Shown: positions 53,204 through 64,000 of the stretch, in pieces
Layout of the letters: each line of letters starts with the position of its first letter
Position numbering within the stretch: position 1 is the stretch's first letter
Assembly: GCA_963728085.1 (NCBI GenBank)
Contig: CAVSIQ010000009.1
Span: 23,340 to 87,339 of the forward strand
Direction of reading: 5' to 3'
DNA length: 64,000 nt
Origin: an uncultured Actinomycetota bacterium
Lineage (GTDB): Bacteria; Actinomycetota; Actinomycetes; Propionibacteriales; Nocardioidaceae
Notes under the pieces: generated by a model
Told to the model about the DNA's origin: nothing
Seen by the model: only the letters and a program-made list of their open reading frames with translations
The model's database searches: none
Made by a program: the position numbers and the translations under genes

Positions 53204-53255
53204 CCCGCCGGCCCGGGGCCGGTGCGGCGGGGCCGGGAGCCCCTAGGCTCGCCGG

Positions 53256-54131
53256 GTGAGGATCGACCTGCACACCCACTCCGACGTCAGCGACGGCACG
53301 ACGCCCCCCGCGGACCTGGTCCGTGCCGCGGCCGCAGCCGGCCTCGACGTCGTGGCCCTGACCGACCACGACACCACCGCCGGCTGGGACGAGGCCGCCC
53401 GGGCCGCCGCTCAGGCCGGCGTCGCGCTCGTGCGCGGCCTGGAGGTCAGCACGATCCACCACGGGCACGGCGTGCACCTGCTCGCCTACCTGCCCGACCC
53501 CAGCCACCCGCACCTCGCGGGCCTGCTCGAGAAGGTGGTCGAGGGCCGCCGCGACCGGGTCCCGGCCATGCTGGCCCGGCTGCGCGAGGCGGGCGTGGCC
53601 ATCGACCGGGCCGACCTCGACCGCGAGGGCGGCCGCACCGTGGCCACCGGCCGGCCCCACGTCGCCGACGCCCTGGTGCGCCTGGGTGTCGTCGCCAGCC
53701 GCGACGAGGCGTTCCGCGACTGGCTCGACGCCGGTCGTCCGGGCTACGTCGACCGCTGGGCGGCGCCCCTGGTCGAGACGATCGGGGCCGTCGAGGAGGC
53801 CGGCGGCGTGAGCGTGGTCGCCCACCCGTGGGGCCGGGGCGGCCGCACCGGCCTGGACGAGGACGCGATCGCCGGGCTGGTGGAGGCCGGCCTGTGCGGC
53901 ATCGAGGTCGACCACCGCGACCACGACGCGACCGACCGGCGCCGGCTGCGCGAGCTGGCCCGCGAGCTCGGGCTGGCCGCGACCGGGTCCAGCGACCACC
54001 ACGGCGCCGGCAAGGTCGACCACGAGCTCGGCTGCCACACCACCGACCCCGAGCAGCTCGAGCGTCTCCTCGACGGTGCCGCGGCCGCCTCGGTCCGCAG
54101 CGGGCGCACCACCCCGGACGTCGTCCGATGA
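53256..54131 (+). CDS. PHP domain phosphoesterase
   Basis: IDLHTHS..SDG, ALTDHDT, GRPH, VAHP, GSSDHHG. Confidence 0.92.
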   Translation: MRIDLHTHSDVSDGTTPPADLVRAAAAAGLDVVALTDHDTTAGWDEAARAAAQAGVALVRGLEVSTIHHGHGVHLLAYLPDPSHPHLAGLLEKVVEGRRDRVPAMLARLREAGVAIDRADLDREGGRTVATGRPHVADALVRLGVVASRDEAFRDWLDAGRPGYVDRWAAPLVETIGAVEEAGGVSVVAHPWGRGGRTGLDEDAIAGLVEAGLCGIEVDHRDHDATDRRRLRELARELGLAATGSSDHHGAGKVDHELGCHTTDPEQLERLLDGAAAASVRSGRTTPDVVR

Positions 54132-54161
54132 GGGGAGCGGCCCGCGCCGGCCGGGGCCGTC

Positions 54162-55223
54162 GTGGCTGAGCGGGTCGTGCTCCACATCGGGGCGCCGAAG
54201 TCCGGCACGACCTACCTGCAGTCCGTCCTGTTCGCCAGCAAGGACGCCCTGCGCGCGCAGGGCGTGCTGGTGCCCGGGGACGGCGTCGCGGACTACAGCC
54301 GCGCCGCGAAGGCGATGCGCACCCCGCGGCTGGGCGACGGTCCGGCCGGACGCACCTGGCGCGCCCTCCTCGCCGAGGTGGCCGACTGGCCCGGCACCGC
54401 GCTGCTCAGCTCGGAGTGGTTCTGCCTGACCCCGTCCGGGCTGGTGGCGCGCACCGTCGAGCAGCTGGCCCCGGCGCGGGTGGAGGTCGTCTACACCGCT
54501 CGCGCCCCCGTCGAGCAGGTGCCGGCGGCGTGGCAGGAGACGCTGAAGCTCGCCGCGTCGCTGGACCTGGAGGAGTTCGTCGCCTCCCTCGAGGTGGACG
54601 GCGAGCGCTGGAGCTGGTGGAGCCTCGACGCCGCCCGGGTCCTGGGTCGCTGGGTGCCCGCGGTGCCGGCCGGGGACGTCACCGTGGTCACGGTGCCCCG
54701 CACCCGGGCGGACCCGGACCTGCTGCTGGCCCGCTTCGCCCGGGCCGTCGGGTTCGACCCCGCCGTCTGCGACACGCGGCTGCCGAGCGCCAACGAGTCG
54801 ATGGCGGTCGAGGTCGCCGTCCTGGCCCGGCGGCTGGCCCCCGAGATCGCGCGCGGCATCGACTTCACCGACGCCCCGTGGACCGACCGCCACCGCTGGC
54901 TGCGGCGGCTGCTGGGCCACGAGGTCCTCGTCCCGCGACCCGGTCACCCGATCGCGCTGCCGCCCGGGGTGGAGCAGCGGCTGCTCGAGCGCGCCGTCGC
55001 GGTCCGTGCCGCGCTCGAGCGGGGCGGGTACCGGGTCGAGGGTGACCTCGACGACCTGCTCGGGCCCACCCGGCGCCCGGGGGCCCGCACGCCCGCGGAG
55101 GTCCCCGACGCCGACGTCCTCGACGTCGCGGTGGCGGTGATCGTCGACCTCCTCGACCGGCTGCGCACCGAGACCCTGCGGCACGAGGCCGCCGGCGCCG
55201 ACGACGGGGGGTCGGCGGCATGA
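54162..55223 (+). CDS. P-loop sulfotransferase-like protein #5
   Basis: LHIGAPKSGTTYLQ, LSSEWF, TARAPVEQVPAAWQE, NESMA, VEGDLDDL. Confidence 0.8.
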   Translation: MAERVVLHIGAPKSGTTYLQSVLFASKDALRAQGVLVPGDGVADYSRAAKAMRTPRLGDGPAGRTWRALLAEVADWPGTALLSSEWFCLTPSGLVARTVEQLAPARVEVVYTARAPVEQVPAAWQETLKLAASLDLEEFVASLEVDGERWSWWSLDAARVLGRWVPAVPAGDVTVVTVPRTRADPDLLLARFARAVGFDPAVCDTRLPSANESMAVEVAVLARRLAPEIARGIDFTDAPWTDRHRWLRRLLGHEVLVPRPGHPIALPPGVEQRLLERAVAVRAALERGGYRVEGDLDDLLGPTRRPGARTPAEVPDADVLDVAVAVIVDLLDRLRTETLRHEAAGADDGGSAA

Positions 55224-56476
55224 TGGGGCCCGTGTCCTCGAGCCCGGCCCCCGTCGCGCGACGGGTCACCTTCCTGATGAAGAGCGCCCACGGCGGCGGC
55301 GGCGTGGCCCGCACCGTCACCACCCTGGCCAACGCGCTCGCCGGGACCCACGACGTCGAGGTGGTCAGCGTCTTCCAGCGCCGCGACAGCCCCGTCTTCG
55401 GTCTCGACGAGCGGGTGCGCCTGACCCCGCTCGACGACCCGGACCGGCGCCCGCCCGGGGTGCCGGCGGGCCTGCGGGCCCGCTGGGAGGCGCGACCCTC
55501 GGCCCTGTTCACCACCCCGGGCAGCCACCTCCCGGTCTCGGCCTGGACCGACCACCTGCTGCGGCGTCGGGTCTCGCTGATGCGGCCGGGCGTGCTGATC
55601 TCGACCCACCCTGCCCTGCACGAGGCCGCGGCCCGCTGGTCGCCGCCGTGGGTGGTGCGGGTGGCGCAGGACCACCTGAACTACCCGGTGCGCTCGCAGG
55701 ACCCGACCACGATGGCCTCCCTCGACGCCGCGGCCCGCCGCCTCGACGCGTTCGTCACGCTGACCCACGACGACGAGCGGGACTACCGGCGGCGCTGGGC
55801 CACGGGCCGCACGGCGAGGACCCGGGTCACGACGGTGCCCAACGCCTCGCCGTTCGCGCCCGCGCTCGGCTTCACGCCCGACCCCGACAGCCGGGTGATC
55901 ATCAGCGCCGGGCGCCTCGAGGAGCGCAAGGGCTTCGACCGGGTGATCCGGGCCTTCGACCCGCTGCGCGCCGAGTTCCCGGACTGGCAGCTGCACATCT
56001 ACGGCCGCGGCGGCCACCGCGGCGAGCTGCGCCGGCTCGTGGCCGAGCTCGGTGCGGGGGAGCAGGTTCGCCTCCAGGGTTTCGCGACCGACTTCGAGCA
56101 GGTGCTCGCGGGGGGCGCGCTCTACGCCATGGGCTCCTACCACGAGGGGTTCCCGATGGTGCTGCTCGAGGCCCAGGCGTCGGGTCTGCCGATCGTCTCC
56201 TTCGACTGCCCGCGCGGGCCCGCCGACCTCGTCCACGACGGCGTCGACGGTCGGCTGGTCGTCGACCACGACCTCGAGGGCTACACCGCGGCGCTGCGCC
56301 AGGTGATGGCCGACGCCTCGCTGCGGGCCTCGATGGCCCGGGCGGCGCTGCGCAACGCCGCTCACTACCAGGTCGGGGAGATCACCGAGCGCTGGGAGGG
56401 ACTGCTCGGCGAGCTCGTGGCGGCACGGCCGTGGTACCGACGCCCGCGCACGACCCGTCCCGCGTCCCGGGGCTGA
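55220..56476 (+). CDS. GT4 glycosyltransferase
   Basis: GGGVAR, SAGRL..RKGFD, S..EGFPMVLLEA, FDCPRGP; ATGA overlap with the upstream gene. Confidence 0.9.
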   Translation: MMGPVSSSPAPVARRVTFLMKSAHGGGGVARTVTTLANALAGTHDVEVVSVFQRRDSPVFGLDERVRLTPLDDPDRRPPGVPAGLRARWEARPSALFTTPGSHLPVSAWTDHLLRRRVSLMRPGVLISTHPALHEAAARWSPPWVVRVAQDHLNYPVRSQDPTTMASLDAAARRLDAFVTLTHDDERDYRRRWATGRTARTRVTTVPNASPFAPALGFTPDPDSRVIISAGRLEERKGFDRVIRAFDPLRAEFPDWQLHIYGRGGHRGELRRLVAELGAGEQVRLQGFATDFEQVLAGGALYAMGSYHEGFPMVLLEAQASGLPIVSFDCPRGPADLVHDGVDGRLVVDHDLEGYTAALRQVMADASLRASMARAALRNAAHYQVGEITERWEGLLGELVAARPWYRRPRTTRPASRG

Positions 56477-56510
56477 GCCGACCGGGCCACCGTGGGGCAC
56501 CGCTGGCGGG

Positions 56511-57335
56511 TCAGCGGCGCCCGATCGACTGCAGCCGCTGGAGCGCCCGGTGGGGCACGACCCGGGCCAGGCCGACGGCGACCTTGTACGGCAGGCCGGG
56601 CACGCTGATGGTGCGCCCGCGCGCGTGGTCGGCCAGCGCCTGGGTGACCACGTCGTCGACGTCGAGCCACATCCGTCCGGTGCCGGGCACGACGTCCATC
56701 CGCTCGTGGAACTCGGTGCGCGTGAAGCCGGGGCACAGGGCGGTGACGGTGACCCCGCGCGGGCCGTACTCGGTGGCGGCCCACGCGCTGAAGGAGTTGA
56801 CCCAGGCCTTCGCCGCCCCGTAGGTGCCGCGCGGCAGGAACGCCGCCACGCTGGAGACGTTGATGATGCCGCCCCGCCCGCGCTCGGTCATCGCGCCCAG
56901 GGCGGCGTGGGAGAGCCGCATCACCGCGGTGACCAGGACGTCGAGCATGGCCTGCTCGGCGTCGACGTCGTTGTCACCGAAGCGCCTCTTGAGCCCGAAC
57001 CCGGCGTTGTTGACCAGCAGGTCCACGGGGCGCTCGGCGTCGCCGAGGCGCTGCTCGACGCGCCGCAGCGCGTCCCGGTCGACCAGGTCGGCCACCAGCA
57101 CCTCGACCGTCACGCCGTGCTCGGCGCGCAGGTCCGCGGCGACCTGCTCGAGACGCGCGGCGTCGCGGGCGACGAGCACCAGGCCGTGGCCACGCGCGGC
57201 CAGCGTCGTCGCGAAGCGGTGACCGATCCCGGCGGTGCCGCCGGTGACCAGGGCGGTGGGACGGGTGGCGCCGGCTGGTGCCGGGGCCGCGGCGGGCTCG
57301 GCGGCGTGCTCGGCGGCGTGCTCAGGGGAGGACAT
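56511..57335 (-). CDS. Short-chain dehydrogenase/reductase
   Basis: ALVTGGTAGIG, LVNNAGFG, NVSS, YGAAK, CPGFTRTEF. Confidence 0.92.
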   Translation of the reverse strand: MSSPEHAAEHAAEPAAAPAPAGATRPTALVTGGTAGIGHRFATTLAARGHGLVLVARDAARLEQVAADLRAEHGVTVEVLVADLVDRDALRRVEQRLGDAERPVDLLVNNAGFGLKRRFGDNDVDAEQAMLDVLVTAVMRLSHAALGAMTERGRGGIINVSSVAAFLPRGTYGAAKAWVNSFSAWAATEYGPRGVTVTALCPGFTRTEFHERMDVVPGTGRMWLDVDDVVTQALADHARGRTISVPGLPYKVAVGLARVVPHRALQRLQSIGRR

Positions 57336-57410
57336 GGCACGAGTCAAGCACCCCGCCTGCGACGCCCGCCTGCGACGTCTGGGCCCGGCCGTCCGGCATG
57401 ATGGGCACCG

Positions 57411-58193
57411 ATGACCACCATTCTCGCGATCGCCAACCAGAAGGGCGGCGTCGCCAAGACCACGTCGGTCGCCTCCATCGGGGTCGCGCTCAGCGAGCTC
57501 GGCGCCTCGGTCCTGCTCGTCGACCTCGACCCCCAGGCGTGCCTGACGTTCTCCCTCGGCGTCGACCCCGAGGACCTCGAGCTGTCGGTCCACCAGGTGC
57601 TCACGCAGGGCACGCCGCCCGGCGAGGTGATCCTGACGACCGAGGACGGCGTCGACCTGCTGCCCGCGACCATCGAGCTGGCGCGCGCCGAGGCGGACCT
57701 GCTGACCCGCACCGGCCGCGAGCACGTGCTGCGCGGGGTCGTGGAGGACCTCGCCGCAGCCGGCACCGCCTACGACTGGATCCTGCTCGACTGCCCGCCC
57801 TCGCTGGGGGTGCTCACCGTGGCCGCTCTGACCGCGGCGGACGGCGTCCTGGTGCCGCTGCAGTGCGAGACGCTCTCGCACCGCGGCGTGGGTCAGCTGC
57901 TCGACACCGTGCACGACGTGCGTCGCTTCACCAACCGCGACCTCGAGGTGTGGGGCGTGCTGCCCACCCTCTACGACGGACGCACCAACCACGCCCGCAC
58001 CGTGCTCGAGACGATCGCGGAGACCTACGACCTCGAGGTCGTCGAGCCGCCGATCCCCAAGACGATCAAGTTCGCCGAGGCCCCGGCCGCTGGCCGCTCC
58101 ATCCTGTCCACCAGCCGCGCGAGCAAGGGGGCGAAGGCCTACCGCGAGGTGGCCGCCGCGCTGCAGGTGCGGGCCGACCGGGCGAAGGCCTGA
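57411..58193 (+). CDS. Orphan ParA/Soj family ATPase (Rv3213c-like)
   Basis: ANQKGGVAKTT, DLDPQ, DCPPSLG; no parB adjacent. Confidence 0.92.
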   Translation: MTTILAIANQKGGVAKTTSVASIGVALSELGASVLLVDLDPQACLTFSLGVDPEDLELSVHQVLTQGTPPGEVILTTEDGVDLLPATIELARAEADLLTRTGREHVLRGVVEDLAAAGTAYDWILLDCPPSLGVLTVAALTAADGVLVPLQCETLSHRGVGQLLDTVHDVRRFTNRDLEVWGVLPTLYDGRTNHARTVLETIAETYDLEVVEPPIPKTIKFAEAPAAGRSILSTSRASKGAKAYREVAAALQVRADRAKA

Positions 58194-58198
58194 GGCCG

Positions 58199-58888
58199 GT
58201 GCCGGGCGGGGTGCGCTGGGTCCGGCTCGCGCTGGCCGCGGCCGCGAGCGCCGTGACCGCGGTCGCCGCGCTCGGTCAGGTGGGCGTGCTGCCCGCGGGC
58301 AGCACCCCGGCGTCGGCGACGGCCTCGCTCGCGGCGACCACGACCACGACCGCGTCACCGGCACCGACGAGGTCGTCCCGGGCGGACGGGGCGGCGCGCA
58401 CGGTGCGCCAGGCCGAGACGCGCGAGGCGCCGCCCACGCCGCAGGTGGGCCGGCTCGTCGAGGAGCGCACCGACGCCCGGCCGCCCGCGGCTCCCGACGC
58501 CTCGGGCCGGGGCCGCCGCGTGGTGTTCGACCAGACGCGCCAGCGGGTCTGGCTGGTCGGCCGCGGCGAGACGGTGCGGCGCACCTACCTGGTCTCGGGC
58601 AGCGTCACCGACAACCTCGACCCCGGCACCTACGCGGTCTACTCCCGCTCGCGGCACGCCTGGGGCATCGACGACTCCGGCACGATGGGGTTCTTCGTGC
58701 GCTTCACCCGCGGCGAGAACGCCGCCATCGGCTTCCACGACATCCCCGTCCTCGACGGACGCCCGCTGCAGGGCTCCGACGAGCTCGGCACGCCCACCTC
58801 GCACGGCTGCATCCGCCAGGAACGCAGCGACGCGAAGGCCCTGTGGACCTTCGCGCCGCTGGGGACCACCGTGGTGGTCACGGCCTGA
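58199..58888 (+). CDS. L,D-transpeptidase (YkuD) family protein
   Basis: N-terminal hydrophobic segment; AIGFH..P..LGTPTSHGCIR. Confidence 0.88.
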   Translation: MPGGVRWVRLALAAAASAVTAVAALGQVGVLPAGSTPASATASLAATTTTTASPAPTRSSRADGAARTVRQAETREAPPTPQVGRLVEERTDARPPAAPDASGRGRRVVFDQTRQRVWLVGRGETVRRTYLVSGSVTDNLDPGTYAVYSRSRHAWGIDDSGTMGFFVRFTRGENAAIGFHDIPVLDGRPLQGSDELGTPTSHGCIRQERSDAKALWTFAPLGTTVVVTA

Positions 58889-58889
58889 C

Positions 58890-60461
<1,572 letters not shown>

Positions 60462-60555
60462 GAGCGCCGCTGGGAGCCGGGTCCCGGCGGCCCGGAGGCG
60501 CGGGACGGCGACGGCGAGGCGCTCGACGGACCCACTGTATCGCTAGGGTGCGCGC

Positions 60556-61263
60556 ATGGCTGCATCACACGACGCGGGTCCCGACGTGCCGGTCGCCTTC
60601 GAGGACCCCGCCTACCGCGAGGCGGTCGTCGACCTGCTGGGGGTGATCTCCTACGCCGAGATCTCCGCCTTCGAGCGGCTGGCCGAGGACGCGAAGCTGG
60701 CGCCGAGCCTGCAGGACAAGGTGGCGCTGGCCGCGATGGCGAGCCGCGAGTTCTCCAAGGTCGGCCCGGTGCACGCCCGGATCGAGGTCTTCGGCGGCGA
60801 CCCGTTCGCCGCCATGGCGCCGTTCCGCGAGCCCGTGGAGAAGTTCCACGCCCACACCGCCCCGGCCGACTGGATCGAGGGCCTGGTCAAGGCGTTCGTC
60901 GGCGACGGCCTGGCCGCCGACTTCTACCGCGAGGTCGCCGCCTACCTCGACCCCCGCACCCGCGACCTGGTCGTCTCCTCGGTGGACACCGGCGAGCACG
61001 CGGCGTTCGTCGTGGAGCGGGTGCGCCGCGCGATCGAGGAGGACCACAAGGTCGCCGGACGGCTCGCGCTGTGGGCGCGGCGGCTGATGGGGGAGGCGCT
61101 GATCCAGGCCCAGGGCGTGGCGGCCGAGCGCGACGCGCTCTCCGCGCTGCTCGCCGGCGGCGTCGACCGGCCCGGGCTGGACCTCGCGGCCCTGGGCCGG
61201 ATGTTCACCCGGCTGACGGAACGTCACGCGGAGCGGATGGCCCAGCTCGGCCTGGACAGCTGA
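60556..61263 (+). CDS. Ferritin-like (MiaE-like) fold protein
   Basis: LLGVISYAEISAFERLAEDA, P.DWIEGLVK, RLALWARRL.GEA. Confidence 0.85.
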   Translation: MAASHDAGPDVPVAFEDPAYREAVVDLLGVISYAEISAFERLAEDAKLAPSLQDKVALAAMASREFSKVGPVHARIEVFGGDPFAAMAPFREPVEKFHAHTAPADWIEGLVKAFVGDGLAADFYREVAAYLDPRTRDLVVSSVDTGEHAAFVVERVRRAIEEDHKVAGRLALWARRLMGEALIQAQGVAAERDALSALLAGGVDRPGLDLAALGRMFTRLTERHAERMAQLGLDS

Positions 61264-61303
61264 GCCGGACCCCCGCACGCCGGTCGGGCGAGGCCGGGCC
61301 GCC

Positions 61304-61525
61304 TCAGCTGCGGAAGCCGACCGCGCCGATGCTCGAGGTGCCGATCTCGACGTAGGCCAGCTTCGCGGCCGGCACCACGACGGTGCGGCCCTTGGTGTCC
61401 TTCAGGGTCAGCACGCCCTGGTTCGACACGGCCTGGGTGACGGCCTGCTCCACGTCGTCGGGGCCCTGGTCGCTCTCGACGACGAGCTCGCGGGCGGTGT
61501 TCTGGATGCCGATCTTGATCTCCAC
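61304..61525 (-). CDS. DUF3107 family protein
   Basis: MEIKIGIQ..AREL, LTLKD.KGR, AYVEIG..VGF. Confidence 0.88.
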   Translation of the reverse strand: MEIKIGIQNTARELVVESDQGPDDVEQAVTQAVSNQGVLTLKDTKGRTVVVPAAKLAYVEIGTSSIGAVGFRS

Positions 61526-61562
61526 GGTGGTGCTCCTTGCTGTCTCGGCGCCGCGCGGGCGC

Positions 61563-61616
61563 CGGGTGGTCGGTCGCGGGTGGTCGGTCGCGGGTGGTCG
61601 GGGGTCTCGCGGGTGG
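61563..61616 (+). repeat. 14-bp tandem repeat (CGGGTGGTCGGTCG) in the TetR-DUF3107 spacer
   Basis: Two perfect units plus two degenerate CGGGTGGT units. Confidence 0.75.
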
Positions 61617-61637
61617 TGCGTCGAGGGCGGTGGCGGC

Positions 61638-62276
61638 TCAGTGCTCGTCGGTCTTGGGGTAGCCGCGGATCCCGCGCCAGGCGAGGCCGGCCACGAGGGC
61701 CGCCGCCTCCTGGCGCTGCATGCCGCCGGCCTCGGTCAGCCAGAACCGCGCGCTGACCTGCGCCATTCCCACCAGGGACACCGCCAGCAGCCGGGCCGCC
61801 TCGGGCGAGAGACCGGTGTCGTCGCGGATCACGTGGGTGATCTGCGAGGCGCACTCGGCGGTGACCCGGTCGACCTGCTCGCGCACGGCGGGCTCGTTGG
61901 TCAGGTCGGACTCGAAGACCAGTCGGAACGCGCCGGCGTCGTGGGCGACGTACTCGAAGAACGCGTCGATGGCCGCACCCACGCGCTGCTTGTTGTCCTG
62001 GGTGGAGGCCAGGGCGGCGCGGCAGCCCTCGATGATCGCGTCGCAGGAGGTGTCCAGCAGCGCCAGGTACAGCTCGAGCTTGCCGGGGAAGTGCTGGTAG
62101 AGCACGGGCTTGGAGACCCCCGCGCGCTCGGCGATGTCGTCCATCGCCGCCGCGTGGTAGCCCTGGGCCACGAACACCCCGAGGGCGGAGTCCAGCAGCT
62201 GGGCGCGGCGCTCGCGACGGGGCAGGCGACCCCCGCGGGGCCGGACCGCCTCGACGCGCTGCTGCTCGGTGACCAA
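61638..62276 (-). CDS. TetR/AcrR family regulator (Rv3208-like)
   Basis: RRAQLL..A..VF..GYHAAAMDDIAERAGVSKPVLYQHFPGK. Confidence 0.93.
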   Translation of the reverse strand: MVTEQQRVEAVRPRGGRLPRRERRAQLLDSALGVFVAQGYHAAAMDDIAERAGVSKPVLYQHFPGKLELYLALLDTSCDAIIEGCRAALASTQDNKQRVGAAIDAFFEYVAHDAGAFRLVFESDLTNEPAVREQVDRVTAECASQITHVIRDDTGLSPEAARLLAVSLVGMAQVSARFWLTEAGGMQRQEAAALVAGLAWRGIRGYPKTDEH

Positions 62277-62400
62277 CGAGGACCCTCCGGACCTGATCGC
62301 CGACGTCCGGTGCAGGTGGGGCGCCGGACGAGGGGCCGTCGGGCCGACGGCCCGGTGAGCCTACTCCGAAGCGGTCCGCGTCCGGATGACGGGACGCCGG

Positions 62401-62426
62401 GGAACACGCGGGCCCGACAGGCTGTT
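62401..62426 (+). promoter_or_regulatory. ECF sigma (SigH/SigR/SigE-type) promoter upstream of moeZ
   Basis: GGAAC-N18-GTT. Confidence 0.6.
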
Positions 62427-62482
62427 CTTGTCCACGACCGCAGCAGCCCCGTGCTGCCGAACAGATCTCACAGGAGCGTGTC

Positions 62483-63690
62483 GTGTCCCTTGCCCCCCTG
62501 GTGGAGCCCGCCGACGAGCTGACCAACGACGAGGTGCGTCGCTACAGCCGCCACCTGATCATCCCCGACGTGGGGATGGCCGGGCAGAAGCGGCTCAAGA
62601 ACGCCAAGGTCCTCGTCATCGGTGCCGGTGGTCTCGGCTCGCCCGCGCTGCTGTACCTGGCCGCGGCCGGCGTCGGCACCCTCGGCATCGCCGAGTTCGA
62701 CGAGGTCGACGAGTCGAACCTGCAGCGCCAGATCATCCACACCCAGTCCGACATCGGGAAGTCGAAGGCGGTCTCCGCGCAGGAGTCCATCGCCGAGGCG
62801 AACCCGTACGTCGAGGTGGTGCTGCACGAGCAGCGCCTCGACAACGACAACGTCCGCGAGGTCTTCGCCGGCTACGACCTGATCGTCGACGGCACCGACA
62901 ACTTCGCGACGCGCTACATGGTCAACGACGCCGCCTACTTCCTCGGCATCCCCTACGTGTGGGGCTCCATCTACCGCTTCGACGGCCAGGCCTCGGTCTT
63001 CGCCCCGACGCTGGCCGACGACGCCCCCTGCTACCGCTGCCTGTACCCCGAGCCCCCGCCGCCGGGCATGGTGCCCAGCTGCGCCGAGGGCGGCGTGCTG
63101 GGCGTGCTCTGCGCCAGCATCGGCTCGATCCAGGTGAACGAGGCGATCAAGCTGATCACCGGCGTCGGGCGAGCCCGCCGTCGGCAAGCTCGTCATCTAC
63201 GACGCCCTCGAGCTGGAGTGGCGCAAGCTCAGGGTGCGCAAGGACCCCGAACTGCGCGCTGTGCGGGGAGAACCCGACGGTCACCGACCTGATCGACTAC
63301 GACGCCTTCTGCGGCGCGATCTCCGAGGACGCCGCCGAGGCGGCGGCCGGCTCGACGATCTCGGTCGTCCAGCTCGAGCACATGCTCAAGGAGCGCGACG
63401 AGGGCAGCCGCGACTTCACCCTCGTCGACGTGCGCGAGGAGGACGAGTACGAGATCAACCGGATCCCCGGCTCGGTGCTGATCCCCAAGGGCGAGTTCCT
63501 CAACGGCAACGCCTTCGAGCAGCTGCTCGCAGGACACGCCGGTGGTGCTGCACTGCAAGTCCGGCGTCCGCTCGGCCGAGGCGCTCGCCGCGCTCAAGGG
63601 CGCCGGCTACGCCGACGCCATCCACGTCGGCGGCGGCATGGTGGCCTGGGTCAACCAGATCGACCCGAGCCAGCCCTCCTACTACGACGT
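62483..63690 (+). CDS. moeZ: Adenylyltransferase/sulfurtransferase MoeZ (MoeB + rhodanese; frameshifted 3' half, end approximate)
   Basis: RYSRH, VIGAGGLGS, SNLQRQ, DGTDNF, CYRCLY, SCAEGGVLG, later VDVRE and LHCKSGVRS. Confidence 0.9.
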
Positions 63691-63769
63691 GCGCCGGCCC
63701 GCGGCGCGCGGACCCTCTCCGCCCTCGTGCGGGGGAGGGCCGGGCCCGCGTGTGGGGCAGGATGGCGCG

Positions 63770-64000
63770 ATGGAGACCCCCGCCCGGCTGCGCGCCGTCT
63801 AACGGGACGCTGCGCGACGTCGGTGAGGTCGCCTCCGCCGACGAGTGGACCACCCACGGCCCGCTGGGGCTCGCCCGGTTCGGACGGCACGGCCTGGTCA
63901 CCACGAGTCCCGGGCCGGCCTCGACGGCCCGTGCACGACGCGTTCGCGCCCACGCCGGGGCGCGGTTCCAGCAGCGCGGGGACGTGGCGCAGGGCGAGTG
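63770..64000 (+). CDS. Possible 5' fragment of a downstream gene, unidentifiable (likely frameshifted)
   Basis: ATG after a GC stem-loop (63713-63739); frame closes early inside an indel-rich block. Confidence 0.25.

Noticed and set aside
57411-58193. ParA as evidence of a plasmid or prophage
   Set aside because: It is an orphan ParA in the conserved chromosomal neighbourhood (phosphatase, helicase, ferritin-like, TetR, moeZ). No parB, integrase or replication genes are present.
63150-64000. Split moeZ as separate MoeB and rhodanese genes
   Set aside because: Protein motifs continue across several single-base frame breaks, the same error pattern as the window start.

Overview
High-GC actinobacterial chromosome segment with Nocardioides-like gene content and order. 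Most of it is conserved backbone: wzt-type ABC ATPase end, PG amidase, manC, cofE/cofD, whiB, GT2/DUF5719, manB, ahcY, mtrA-mtrB-lpqB, comF, hpf/raiA, ycaQ-like, secA, tatB, mrp, mgtE-like, parA-like, L,D-transpeptidase, DEAD helicase, TetR and moeZ. Two things stand out. (1) A complete ~290-nt raiA-motif structured ncRNA lies between comF and hpf/raiA. This RNA class is described but has no known function. (2) An accessory ~21-kb cell-surface glycan/phosphodiester modification region (about 35.6-56.5 kb) is interleaved with metabolic genes. It holds five paralogous P-loop sulfotransferase-like proteins that all lack the canonical 3'-phosphate-binding Ser, one canonical sulfotransferase, a LicD+methyltransferase fusion, a small coiled-coil protein, GT2/GT4 enzymes and secreted PLD/EEP phosphodiesterase-fold proteins. 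Blocks at 1-10.3 kb, 37.5-40.4 kb and 63.1-64 kb carry many indels that break genes, most likely from sequence error, so coordinates there are approximate. No rRNA, tRNA, CRISPR, transposase or integrase was seen. All family assignments are from motif recognition by eye, not database searches.
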